The notes below the pieces were generated by a model that saw only the letters and a program-made list of their open reading frames with translations, searched no databases and was not told the origin of the DNA. DNA of 52,062 bases from Burkholderiales bacterium (GTDB taxonomy: Bacteria; Pseudomonadota; Gammaproteobacteria; Burkholderiales; SG8-41), in assembly GCA_046597455.1 (NCBI GenBank), contig JBKJKJ010000337.1, positions 1 through 52,062 of the forward strand. Reading direction: 5' to 3'. Position 1 is the first letter of the stretch. Each line of letters starts with the position of its first letter. Shown piece by piece: positions 30,558 to 40,132 of the stretch. A program made the position numbers and the translations under genes.

Positions 30558-32855
30558 ATGCTGACATCGACCCACTGGGGCGTATACGACGTCATCGTCG
30601 AAGGCGGCGAGATTGCGCGCGTCGTCCCGTTCGACAAAGACCCCGATCCTTCACCGATCGGCCAGTCGCTGCGCGGCACCGTAACCGGGCCGACGCGCAT
30701 ACGCCGTCCCGCGGTTCGCAGAAGCTATCTGGAAAGCGGCCCCGGGACGGCAACTCACCAGCGCGGCGCCGAGCCTTTCGTCGAAGTGAGCTGGGACGAA
30801 GCCCTGACACTCGTCGCGAACGAGCTGAAGCGCGTTACGACGCAGTTCGGAAACGACTCGATCTTTGCCGGCTCTTACGGCTGGTCGAGCGCCGGCCGTT
30901 TTCATCACGCGCAAAGCCAGGTGCACCGCTTCATGAACTCGATCGGCGGCTACGTGGCCCACCTCGGGACGTACAGCCTCGGCGCCGCGCGCACCCTGCT
31001 GCCTCGCATCCTCATGGACATGGACGCCATGCGCGCGCAGCACACCGCGTGGGTGCAACTCGAAAAGCACTGTCAGCTGCTCGTCGCATTCGGCGGCATC
31101 CCGGGCAAGAACGCGCAGGTAAACAGCGGCGGCGCGAGCCAGCACGAAGTGCGGCCGTCACTTGGGCGTCTTGCGGCGGCCGGCGTCAAGTTCGTCAACA
31201 TCTCCCCGCTGCGCCAGGATCTCGACGATGCGCCGGGCGCCGAATGGCTCCCCATCCGCCCGAATACCGACGCGGCTTTCATGCTCGCGCTCGCGCACAC
31301 CTGGATCGCCGAAGGCCTGCACGACCGCGCTTTTCTCGATCGCTACTGCGTCGGTTTCGAGGCGTTCAGGCGCTACGTCATGGGCGAGACTGACGGCGTG
31401 CCGAAAAACGTGGCGTGGGCCGGCGCGATTTGCGAAATCCCCGCGCAGGCGATTGCCGACCTCGCACGGCGTATGGCCGCGAGCCGCACCCTGATCAACG
31501 TGGCGTGGGCACTGCGGCGCGGCGATCACGGCGAGCAGCCGTACTGGCTCGGCATCACCCTCGCCTGCCTGCTCGGACAGATCGGAACACCCGGCGGCGG
31601 CTTCGCGCTCGCCTACGGGCCGGTGAACGCCGAAGGTGCGAACGCCAGAGCGTTCTCGGGGCCTGTCCTCCCGCAGGGACAGAATGCGGTCAAGACCCCG
31701 ATCCCCGTGGCGCGCATCACCGACATGCTCGAACATCCCGGCGAGCCTTACGATTTCAACGGCAAGCGCTGCATCTATCCCGACATCCGCCTCGTCTACT
31801 GGGCGGGCGGCAACCCGTTCCACCATCACCAGGACCTCAACCGCCTGCTGCGCGCGTGGCGCAAACCCGAGACCATCGTGGTGAACGAGCAGTTCTGGAA
31901 CGCGAGCGCGAAACGGGCCGACATCGTGCTCCCTGCGACCACGATGCTGGAGCGCGACGACATCGGCTCGACCTCCCGGGACCGTTTCATGATCGCGATG
32001 AAGCGCGCGATCGATCCGGTCGGGGAAGCGCGCGACGACTACGACATCTTCAGCGCGCTGGCCGGGAAGCTCGGCACCCGGGACGCTTTCACCGAAGGCC
32101 GCTCGAGCGCCGCGTGGCTGCGCCATCTGTACGACATCTCACGCGAGCGCGCGGGCAGGTTCGACCTGCAGCTCCCGTCGTTCGAAGCGTTCTGGTCCGA
32201 AGGCTATGTCGAGATGCCCCCGCCGGAAGAACCGGCGGTGATGCTCAAAGCGTATCGCGACGACCCCGTAACCCACGCGATGCCCACGCCCTCGGGCAGG
32301 ATCGAAATATTTTCGTCCACCATCGCGTCGTTCGGCTATGACGACTGCCCTGGCCACCCCGCGTGGTTCGAGCCTGCAGAATGGCTCGGCTCCCCGCTCG
32401 CGAAGCGTTTTCCGCTGCACATGATTTCGCATCAGCCTGCGACACGGCTGCACAGCCAGTACGATCACGGCAGCGTCAGCCTCGAGTCCAAAATCCAGGG
32501 GCGCGAAGCGTTGACCCTGCATCCGCACGACGCTGCGGCGAGGGGTATTCGCAGCGGCGACGTGGTGCGCGTCTACAACGACCGCGGCGCGTGCCTCGCC
32601 GGCGCGATCGTCGACGACGCCGTAAGACCCGGCGTGATCGTACTCCCCACGGGCGCCTGGTACGACCCCCTCGTGCCGGGCGAGATCGGCACGCTCGAAA
32701 AGCACGGCAATCCGAACGTGCTCACGCTCGACAAAGGCACCTCCCGGCTCACGCAGGGGTGCAGCGCCCACACCGCACTGGTGGAAGTCGAGCGCTTCGA
32801 AGGCGAGCTGCCGCCGATCACCGCGTTCGATCCGCCGGCATTCGTCGAACGATGA
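30558..32855 (+). CDS. Molybdopterin-dependent S-/N-oxide reductase, cytoplasmic BisC/TorZ-like (no signal peptide)
   Basis: 'MLTSTHWGVYDVIVEGGEIARVVPFDKDPDPSPIG...RIRRPAVRRSYLE' is the BisC-type N-terminus. Large MopB body and C-terminal molydopterin-binding barrel ('GDVVRVYNDRGACLAGAIVDD'). GAGG lies 5 nt upstream of the ATG at 30558. Confidence 0.88.
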   Translation: MLTSTHWGVYDVIVEGGEIARVVPFDKDPDPSPIGQSLRGTVTGPTRIRRPAVRRSYLESGPGTATHQRGAEPFVEVSWDEALTLVANELKRVTTQFGNDSIFAGSYGWSSAGRFHHAQSQVHRFMNSIGGYVAHLGTYSLGAARTLLPRILMDMDAMRAQHTAWVQLEKHCQLLVAFGGIPGKNAQVNSGGASQHEVRPSLGRLAAAGVKFVNISPLRQDLDDAPGAEWLPIRPNTDAAFMLALAHTWIAEGLHDRAFLDRYCVGFEAFRRYVMGETDGVPKNVAWAGAICEIPAQAIADLARRMAASRTLINVAWALRRGDHGEQPYWLGITLACLLGQIGTPGGGFALAYGPVNAEGANARAFSGPVLPQGQNAVKTPIPVARITDMLEHPGEPYDFNGKRCIYPDIRLVYWAGGNPFHHHQDLNRLLRAWRKPETIVVNEQFWNASAKRADIVLPATTMLERDDIGSTSRDRFMIAMKRAIDPVGEARDDYDIFSALAGKLGTRDAFTEGRSSAAWLRHLYDISRERAGRFDLQLPSFEAFWSEGYVEMPPPEEPAVMLKAYRDDPVTHAMPTPSGRIEIFSSTIASFGYDDCPGHPAWFEPAEWLGSPLAKRFPLHMISHQPATRLHSQYDHGSVSLESKIQGREALTLHPHDAAARGIRSGDVVRVYNDRGACLAGAIVDDAVRPGVIVLPTGAWYDPLVPGEIGTLEKHGNPNVLTLDKGTSRLTQGCSAHTALVEVERFEGELPPITAFDPPAFVER

Positions 32856-33823
32856 AGGCGCTGGTCTTCATTGCATTCGCGGCGTCTCTCAGCAGCCCGG
32901 CGTACTCGGCTGCACGCGCGCCTGATGCCTATCCTTCGCGGCCGATCAGGCTCATCGTCGCGTTTGCGCCGGGCGGAAGCGTCGACGTCGTAGCGCGGCT
33001 GGTAGGCCAGAAGCTTTCGGAAGCGTGGGGACAGCAGGTCGTCATCGACAACCGGCCGGGGGCAGGCGGGAACCTGAGCGCTGAGCTGGCTGCGCGAGCG
33101 GCACCCGACGGCTACACGCTGTACATGAGCAGCGCTTCGCTCGTGGTCAACGTGAATCTCTACCGCAAAGTGGGCTACGACCCGATCAGGGATTTCTCCC
33201 CCATCACGCTGCTCGCATCGGTGCAGAACGTGCTCGTCGCGCATCCCTCCGTGGCCGCAAAAAATGTTTCCGAACTGGTGACGCTTTCCAGGAAGACACC
33301 AGGGCGGCTCAATTACGCATCGACGGGAAGCGGCTCCTCGGGACATCTCGCGATGGAGCTTTTCAAAAGCATGACCGGTGCCGATCTCACGCACATCCCG
33401 TACAAGGCGGCTGGTCAGGCCCAGGTAGACCTGCTCGCCGGACAGGTATCACTGTGGTTTCCCACCATTCCCGGCGCACTGCCCTTCATCAAAGCGGGAA
33501 AAATAAACGCGCTCGCGGTTTCAGGCTCAACCCGCTCGATCGCATTGCCCGACGTTCCGACCGTTGCAGAATCGGGCGTGCGGGGTTTCGAAGCGTCGAC
33601 GTGGTATCCGGTGCTCGCACCTGCAGGCACGCCTGCCGATGTGGTCGACAGGCTCAACCGGCAGCTCGTGGCGATCGTCAGGACCCCTCAGGTGCACGAT
33701 CAGCTCGTGCAATCCGGCGTCGAACCGATCGGCTCGACGCCCGCGCAGCTCGCGAGTCACATCAGAACCGAGCTCGACAAATGGGCGAAAGTGATACGCG
33801 CCTCGGGCGTTCGCCTCGATTGA
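32852..33823 (+). CDS. Bug/TctC-family substrate-binding protein
   Basis: 'MKALVFIAFAASLSSPAYSAARAPDAYPSRPIRLIVAFAPGGSVD'. ATGA overlap with the reductase stop. Confidence 0.92.
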   Translation: MKALVFIAFAASLSSPAYSAARAPDAYPSRPIRLIVAFAPGGSVDVVARLVGQKLSEAWGQQVVIDNRPGAGGNLSAELAARAAPDGYTLYMSSASLVVNVNLYRKVGYDPIRDFSPITLLASVQNVLVAHPSVAAKNVSELVTLSRKTPGRLNYASTGSGSSGHLAMELFKSMTGADLTHIPYKAAGQAQVDLLAGQVSLWFPTIPGALPFIKAGKINALAVSGSTRSIALPDVPTVAESGVRGFEASTWYPVLAPAGTPADVVDRLNRQLVAIVRTPQVHDQLVQSGVEPIGSTPAQLASHIRTELDKWAKVIRASGVRLD

Positions 33824-34090
33824 CGTTTACTGCGGGGTGACTGCAACCGTGCCCATCTGGTTGAGCATGCCCAGCTCGTCGCACATCGCCCATTCTTACG
33901 CAATCCTGCCTGCCTCCAGGCGAAACTCGACGATTGCAGACCAGTCGAGCGCCTGCGACTGACGCATCACGACTTCGTCCTCAAGGCTGCAGAAGGTGTG
34001 GGGACGCACGCGGGTGCGGTGCGCGGTGCGCGATGCGCACACTCACCCTACGGCGGTTCACGCGATATGACAGGTGTTACGATCCGTCCC

Positions 34091-34435
34091 ATGCCCGGTT
34101 TCGAAATCGTTTTGGTGGTGTTCATCGTATTGCTCGCATGGCTCTGGCTCGACAGCCTCAAAGTGCGCGAAGTGGCAATCAGGACGGCCCGCGGGGCGTG
34201 CGAGTCGGAGGGTCTGCTGCTGCTCGACGACACGGTTGCGATTGCTGCCGTCAAGCTCTCGCGCGACGACGAAGGCCACGTGAAGCTGCAGCGCACTTAC
34301 GATTTCGAATACAGCGACACCGGCGACAACCGCCGCAAGGGCAGTGTCGTGCTGCTCGGCGCACGCGTCATCCTGTTCAACGTGGGCTTTCGCGAAACCC
34401 CTGTCGTGCGCAGCCTGCATTCCAATCATGAATAA
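34091..34435 (+). CDS. DUF3301-family small membrane protein
   Basis: N-terminal TM 'FEIVLVVFIVLLAWLWL', then 'REVAIRTARGACESEGLLLLDDTVA...YDFEYSDTGDNRRKG'. Start ATG at 34091 or 34067. Confidence 0.65.
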   Translation: MPGFEIVLVVFIVLLAWLWLDSLKVREVAIRTARGACESEGLLLLDDTVAIAAVKLSRDDEGHVKLQRTYDFEYSDTGDNRRKGSVVLLGARVILFNVGFRETPVVRSLHSNHE

Positions 34436-34449
34436 TCCACGGAGCCGTC

Positions 34450-35778
34450 ATGAAATTCCCGATCCGCGCTTTTCTGGGCCTGGTCGTCGCGCTCATGCCT
34501 TTGCACGCTGAGTCTCAGCCGAACATGAAATGGGTGACGAGCTGGGCGGCGTCAGCGCACGGGCCTTATCCGCTGGGCAGCGCGGCGGCGCAACCCGATC
34601 TCACGCGGGTCTTTCCTTCGGCACAGACCGGCGCGCAAGACCAGAGCTTCCGGTTGATCGTGCGTCCCGACCTCTGGGGCAGGCAGACGCGGCTGCGGTT
34701 CTCCAATGCTTTCGGCAGCACGCCGCTCACGCTCGACGGGGTTTTCGTCGGCGTACAGATGGGCAGCGCCGCGGTACTGCCGGGCACCAACCGACCGGTG
34801 CGCTTCGGCGGCAAACCAGAAGTGACCATCGCGCCCGGTGCGCTGGTATGGAGCGATCCGGTGGACCTGTCCTACATTCCCCAGCCCGAGTCGCTCGACC
34901 TTGCCGCGCACAAGATGGCGGTGAGCTTTCACGTCGCAGGCGAAAGCGGCCCGATGACCTGGCACGCGAAAGCGATGCAGACCTCCTACGTCACCGCGCC
35001 CGGCGCCGGATCGCAAGGGGCGGCAGAGGGCGAGTCGGCCTTTCCGTTCACCACGACCTCATGGTATTTCCTCGACGCCGTGGACATGATGGCGCCGGCC
35101 GCGACCCCCGTAATCGTCGCTTTCGGGGACTCGATCACCGACGGCACCAACTCGACTCTCAACGGCGATGACCGATGGCCCGACGTGCTGTCGCGCAGGC
35201 TGCACGCACGTCACGGCAACACCGTGTCGGTGGTGAACGCCGGCATCGGGGGCAACCAGGTTGCCGGCCCCACCGAATGGTCGCCGCAGAAACCCTATCG
35301 CGGCGGACCGCCCGCCGGTGAGCGGCTCGAGCGCGACGTGCTCAGTCTGTCGGGCGTGACCACCATCATCTGGCTCGAAGGCATCAACGACTTCAGCAAG
35401 AACGGCAACGCGACTGCGCAGACCGTGCAGTCGGAGATGCGGCAGATCGTCGGGCGTATGCGCTCGCGCCTGCCTGGCGTGCGGGTCATCGGCGCGACGG
35501 TGACTTCAGCACTCGGCAGCACGAGCGCGGCCCACGGTTTCCCGGAGCAGGATCAGAAGCGCAAAGCGCTGAACGATTTCATCCGCGCGTCCGGCGTCTT
35601 CGATGCGGTAGTGGATTTCGACACCGTGACGCTCGATGCAAAAAGCGGCGGTTTGAAGCCTGAATTCGTGCACGACACCACCACGGGCGGTCCCGGTGAC
35701 AAGCTCCATCCCAATCGGGGTGGCTACAACGCGATGGGAACGGCGATCGCGCTCGAGTTGTTGATGCCGAAGCGGTAA
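34450..35778 (+). CDS. Secreted SGNH/GDSL-family hydrolase with N-terminal beta-rich domain
   Basis: Signal peptide 'MKFPIRAFLGLVVALMPLHA'. Block I 'FGDSITDG', block II/III 'NAGIGGN' and 'EGINDF', block V 'DKLHPN'. Confidence 0.85.
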   Translation: MKFPIRAFLGLVVALMPLHAESQPNMKWVTSWAASAHGPYPLGSAAAQPDLTRVFPSAQTGAQDQSFRLIVRPDLWGRQTRLRFSNAFGSTPLTLDGVFVGVQMGSAAVLPGTNRPVRFGGKPEVTIAPGALVWSDPVDLSYIPQPESLDLAAHKMAVSFHVAGESGPMTWHAKAMQTSYVTAPGAGSQGAAEGESAFPFTTTSWYFLDAVDMMAPAATPVIVAFGDSITDGTNSTLNGDDRWPDVLSRRLHARHGNTVSVVNAGIGGNQVAGPTEWSPQKPYRGGPPAGERLERDVLSLSGVTTIIWLEGINDFSKNGNATAQTVQSEMRQIVGRMRSRLPGVRVIGATVTSALGSTSAAHGFPEQDQKRKALNDFIRASGVFDAVVDFDTVTLDAKSGGLKPEFVHDTTTGGPGDKLHPNRGGYNAMGTAIALELLMPKR

Positions 35779-35799
35779 CTCCTCCCGCGACAAGCGCTT

Positions 35800-36690
35800 T
35801 CACATCGACGCGCCTGCGACGGCGAGCGTTTTCTCACCTTCCGCTTTCCACAGCGCCGGATCGTCCTGGATCATGATCCGGTACAGGTGGCGCGTCTCTT
35901 TCATGTCGTAGTCGCCATTCGCCTGGTGCATGACACTGCGGTTGTCCCATACGACCATGTCGCCCATCAGCCATTTGTGGCGATATTCGTATTTCGCCTG
36001 CGTCGCGTGCGCCATCAGCTCTGCAATGAGGGCCAGCGCCGCGTCGTCCGCCATGCCGACGATGCCTTCGATGCGCACCGGATTGAGATATAGCCCTTTG
36101 CGGCCGTTCTCCGGGTGCGTGCGCACGATGGGATGCACGGCCGGAGGCGGCAATGCCTTGCGGCTGTCGTCGGACAGCGCGCGCATTTTGCGAGGGCTGT
36201 ATCTGCTTTCCCATACGTGCACCGCTTTCAGGCCTTCGATGCGCCGCTTAATCGCGTCGGGCAGGTCATCGTAGGCATTGTGCACGTTGACGAATTGCGT
36301 GTCGCCGCCGCGGCTCGGCAGCGAGACCGTGTGCAGCGCCGTCGCCCGCGGCGGACACGGATGGTTGGAGTGATCCGTATGAAACGACTCGCCGGCGATC
36401 TGATACTTCCCCGGCGCGATTTCGGTGTTCCTGATTTCGTAGACTTCCGGATGACCGAGTGCCCGTATGTCCTTGTGATGCTGCGACAGGAGCGGCCCGA
36501 AAATCTCGCCAGCGGCGGCGAACTGCGGCGGCAACAGTTTCTGGTCGCGGAACACCAGCACGTGAAAGCGCGCGAAGTCGGCGTTGAGTCGTGCTTTCAT
36601 CGCGTCCGTGATCGGCAGCCTCAAGTCGAGGCCGCGGATCTCGGCGCCAGTCTCGTGGGTGGAAAGCGGGGTGATCGTGTAATCGCTCAT
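35800..36690 (-). CDS. TauD/TfdA-family Fe(II)/2-oxoglutarate dioxygenase
   Basis: 'FHTDHS' (HxD), 'GGDTQFVN', 'VWDNRSVMH'. GGAGG lies 5 nt upstream of the ATG at 36690. Confidence 0.88.
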   Translation of the reverse strand: MSDYTITPLSTHETGAEIRGLDLRLPITDAMKARLNADFARFHVLVFRDQKLLPPQFAAAGEIFGPLLSQHHKDIRALGHPEVYEIRNTEIAPGKYQIAGESFHTDHSNHPCPPRATALHTVSLPSRGGDTQFVNVHNAYDDLPDAIKRRIEGLKAVHVWESRYSPRKMRALSDDSRKALPPPAVHPIVRTHPENGRKGLYLNPVRIEGIVGMADDAALALIAELMAHATQAKYEYRHKWLMGDMVVWDNRSVMHQANGDYDMKETRHLYRIMIQDDPALWKAEGEKTLAVAGASM

Positions 36691-36777
36691 CGTATCCTCC
36701 GTCGATAGGGGCATCCCGGCGGTCCTCCGGCGTCCCGCAATCCTCGCCCCGCCCTGTCGCGCAAGCGGGGTGGCGTG

Positions 36778-37326
36778 TCAAAGCGTCGAAGCCTTGCCCG
36801 GTTCCATCTCCGGTTTGAGCGCGAGTTGCGCGAGACAGATTGCCGTGTAGTAGCTGCAGGTGAGCGTCAGGTCCACCACGCCTTGCGTCCCAAGCAGCTC
36901 GCCGGCGACCTTGAAAACATCATCCGGAATCTGTTTGTCCCTCAGCAGCTCCAGCACGAAGCGCGCGATCGCCCGCTCCTCGCCGACCAGCGATCCAGGC
37001 GCCTTGCGCGCGCGCACCGCTTCGATCGATTCGGTGCTCACGCCTGCGCGCGCCGCCAGCACCGCGTGGGCCGTCCATTCGATGTCGCTGTCGAACTCGC
37101 GCGCGATCAGCAGGATGGCGAACTCCTTCAGCTTGTCGGGCATCGCACCGTGGAAGCGCAGTTGTGCGCCCATCGAGGTCAGATAGCCCGCGGCGCGGGG
37201 CATGTGCATGAGCGCGCGAAACTGCAGCCCGACTTCGGGCGCATTGCGATCTTTGCGTATGCGGTCGTAAATCTCCTGCCCTTCGACATCCAGGGCACTG
37301 CGTTCTACATAAGGGACTCGGGCCAT
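36778..37326 (-). CDS. Carboxymuconolactone decarboxylase (AhpD-like) family protein
   Basis: 'KEFAILLIAREFDSDIEWTAHAVLAARAG' is the CMD/AhpD helical motif. AAGGAGA upstream of the ATG at 37326. The track ORF to 37740 is over-extended. Confidence 0.8.
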   Translation of the reverse strand: MARVPYVERSALDVEGQEIYDRIRKDRNAPEVGLQFRALMHMPRAAGYLTSMGAQLRFHGAMPDKLKEFAILLIAREFDSDIEWTAHAVLAARAGVSTESIEAVRARKAPGSLVGEERAIARFVLELLRDKQIPDDVFKVAGELLGTQGVVDLTLTCSYYTAICLAQLALKPEMEPGKASTL

Positions 37327-37409
37327 GCGCCTCTCCTTGCGGTTATCGGTTGTGATCGTTGTTGCCGGACTCGGTGGCGGGCGTGGGTCGACGCGCTCGG
37401 ATGCAGTGC

Positions 37410-37783
37410 TCAGTTCGCAGCGGGTAGCGGAAGCTGGTTTTCGGTGATTTCGCAGAGCCGGCCCTGCTCTTCGAGTATGCGCTCGAGGATCCCGACGAAC
37501 CTCACGAAGCGCGGCATACCCGCGTACAGCGTCGACTGCAGAATGACTTCGAGCACTTCCCGCGGCGTCGCCCCGTGCGCGAGGGCGCTGCGGACGTGCA
37601 TGTTCAGCGCCTCCATTTCGTCCATGCAGACGAACTGGCCGACGAGCACGAGGCCTCGCGTGCGCTGATCGAGGATGCCCCGCTCGCGCAGCCGCCGGCA
37701 CAGTCGAGCAGGCGCTTCGCATAGTGCGGGTCCAGATCATGGGCCCAATCGAAGTCCTGATGCCTCCCGTCTTCGTCAGCCAT
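37410..37783 (-). pseudogene. Carboxymuconolactone decarboxylase-family gene with a 1-nt frameshift
   Basis: GGGAGAGG SD plus ATG at 37783 gives 'MADEDGRHQDFDWAHDLDPHYAKRLLDCAGG'. The family continuation 'LRERGILDQRTRGLVLVGQFVCMDEMEALNMHVRSALAHGATPREVLEVILQS' is in another frame. The junction lies in GCCGCCGGC at 37691-37699. Length is 374 nt. Confidence 0.7.
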
Positions 37784-37962
37784 GCCTCTCCCTTTGCGTC
37801 GGTGCGCGGCGGTGCGCCTTTGATGGGTCGATCAAAATACGAAAGGACCGCGGCCCCTCACCTCGTGCAACGGCGTTCAACCGAGCGGTTGTCCCGGATT
37901 CAGGCGCCCCTATAATCGGGATACAACGCGACTCGCGATCGAAGGGAGGATGCCAGGTGGAA

Positions 37963-40089
37963 ATGTGGACCGAAGATCAGATGCGCTCGATCGGCAAAAT
38001 GCTAAACCCGCGCTCTATCGCAGTGGTCGGCGCATCCGCCAAGGGCGGCTATGGCGGGCGACTGCTGAACGCGGTGCTCAAAGCGAAAGATCGCGTTCGC
38101 ATCTACCCGGTGAATCCGAATTACGACGAAATCGCGGGCGTGAAATCGTACCGCAGCATTGCCGATCTTCCCGAAGCGCCGGATCTCATGGGCATCGTCG
38201 TTCCCTACACGCAGGTGATGGACGTGCTCAGGCAGGGCCACCAGAAAGGCGCGGGCTCTGCGGTGATCATCTCGGCGGGATTCGCCGAGCGCGGAACCGA
38301 TTCCGGTCTCGACCTGCAGCGCCAGGTCGGCGCATTCGCGCGCGAGTCCGGTTTGCGGGTCGCAGGCCCGAACTGCCTGGGTCTTGCCAACGTCAGAGAC
38401 GACATCTGGGCCACGGCGTCTTCGCGCACCCTGGGCGGCCTCACCGGTAACATTGCACTGGTGTGCCAGAGCGGTGCGACCGCTTTCGGCCCTTTCCTTC
38501 TGCGCGCGGTGGATGCCGGCATCGGCCTGAGTCACATCATTTCCACCGGCAATGAAACCGATCTCGATTTCGCCGATTTCGCCCGCTACCTGATCGACGA
38601 CGCGCAAACGCGGGTGATCGCCGGTTTCGTCGAAGGCTTCAAGGACGTGCGCAAATTCATCGCGGTGGCCCGTCTCGCGGCCGAGCGCGGCAAGCCCATC
38701 GTGCTCATCAAGATCGGCCGCTCCGAGTCCGGCGCCCAGGCCGCACGCTCGCACACCGCGGCGATGACCGGCGCAGATGCGCTGTACGAAGCGGTGTTCA
38801 GGCAATACGGCGTGATTCGCGTGCAGGACTACGACGAGCTGCTCGAAGTGGCCCATCTACTCGCGCAAAGCAAAAAGCCGCAGAAACCGGGCATCGCGGT
38901 CGTTTCGCATTCGGGCGGCATTAGCTCGCTCACCGCGGACATGCTCGGGCAGGCGGGGCTCGATCTGCCGCGCCTGAGCGACGGCGCGCGCGATGGCATC
39001 AACGGCATACTCAAGGATTTCGGCTGGGCCGCGAATCCTGCAGACGTGACCGGTTTCGCGCGAGGCGAACATTTCCCACGAATCATGGACTACATGATCG
39101 AGGAGCCTCAGGTCGGCACCCTCGTCGTCGCCAGCGCAGGCGCAGGCAATCAGGTCGAGCAGGTGATCGCCCTGCGCGACCGCACCGACAAGAACGTCGC
39201 GTTCTTCTTCACGGCCAGCCGCAACGACAAGGTGCTGGCCGGACTGAAACAGGCGGATATCCCGATTTTTTATTCGCCCGAGAAGCTCGCCAGCGGTCTG
39301 AAGCGTCTGATCGATTATCACGCGTGGCGCGAGACCTATCTCGCCACCGGCCGCGCGCAGGCGTGCGCGCTCACCGGCGACCAGATCGCTGCGGTACAAG
39401 CGCTCAGCGGTCTGGGCCGCTCAGCGCTGTCCGAAAGCGAAAGCAAGCAGTTGATCGCCGCATGGGGCGTGCCCGCATCGCGGGAGGCGCTGGTGCAATC
39501 GGCGGGTGACGCAGTCACGGCGGCGCGGCGTCTGGGCTACCCGGTCGCGCTCAAGGCCGACTCGCCGGACATCCTCCACAAGACCGAAGCCGGCGTCGTG
39601 CGGCTCGGGCTGAAGAGCGACGACGACGTGCGCCTCGCCTACGACGAAATCATCGCGAATGCGAAAAAGCACGCGCCGAATGCGGGCACGCCGGGCGTAT
39701 CCGTGCAGGAAATGGTGACCGGCGGTGTGGAAGTCATCGTCGGCATCAAGTACGACGCGCAGCTCGGGCCGATGCTGCTTTTCGGAAGCGGCGGCGTCAT
39801 GGTCGAAGTGTTCAACGACGTCGCATTGCGCCACTGCCCGATCACCCGGGCGCAGGCGCAGGCGATGATCGGCGAGGTCAAGGGCGCGAAGCTGCTGCGT
39901 GGGTTCCGCGGAAAGCCCCCCGCCGATATCGAAGCGCTGGCCGACATCCTCGTGCGCGTGTCGCAGATGGCGGTTCAGCTCGAAGGCCGGCTCGCCGAGC
40001 TCGATATCAACCCGCTGATGGTGCTGCCTGCGGGCGCAGGCGTGAAAGCGGTCGACGCGCTGGTGGTACTCGACGAAAAATCCCGATAA
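37963..40089 (+). CDS. ADP-forming acyl-CoA synthetase (CoA-binding, succinyl-CoA-ligase-like and ATP-grasp domains)
   Basis: 'PRSIAVVGASAKGGYGG', 'VCQSGA', 'STGNE' and a C-terminal ATP-grasp ('GYPVALKADSPDILHKTEAGVVRLGL'). An in-frame GTG at 37957 with GGAGGA 6 nt upstream is an alternative start. Confidence 0.88.
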   Translation: MWTEDQMRSIGKMLNPRSIAVVGASAKGGYGGRLLNAVLKAKDRVRIYPVNPNYDEIAGVKSYRSIADLPEAPDLMGIVVPYTQVMDVLRQGHQKGAGSAVIISAGFAERGTDSGLDLQRQVGAFARESGLRVAGPNCLGLANVRDDIWATASSRTLGGLTGNIALVCQSGATAFGPFLLRAVDAGIGLSHIISTGNETDLDFADFARYLIDDAQTRVIAGFVEGFKDVRKFIAVARLAAERGKPIVLIKIGRSESGAQAARSHTAAMTGADALYEAVFRQYGVIRVQDYDELLEVAHLLAQSKKPQKPGIAVVSHSGGISSLTADMLGQAGLDLPRLSDGARDGINGILKDFGWAANPADVTGFARGEHFPRIMDYMIEEPQVGTLVVASAGAGNQVEQVIALRDRTDKNVAFFFTASRNDKVLAGLKQADIPIFYSPEKLASGLKRLIDYHAWRETYLATGRAQACALTGDQIAAVQALSGLGRSALSESESKQLIAAWGVPASREALVQSAGDAVTAARRLGYPVALKADSPDILHKTEAGVVRLGLKSDDDVRLAYDEIIANAKKHAPNAGTPGVSVQEMVTGGVEVIVGIKYDAQLGPMLLFGSGGVMVEVFNDVALRHCPITRAQAQAMIGEVKGAKLLRGFRGKPPADIEALADILVRVSQMAVQLEGRLAELDINPLMVLPAGAGVKAVDALVVLDEKSR

Positions 40090-40132
40090 GCTCGGGGGCA
40101 CACTCGTTCAACCCGTCAGGAACACAACAACG

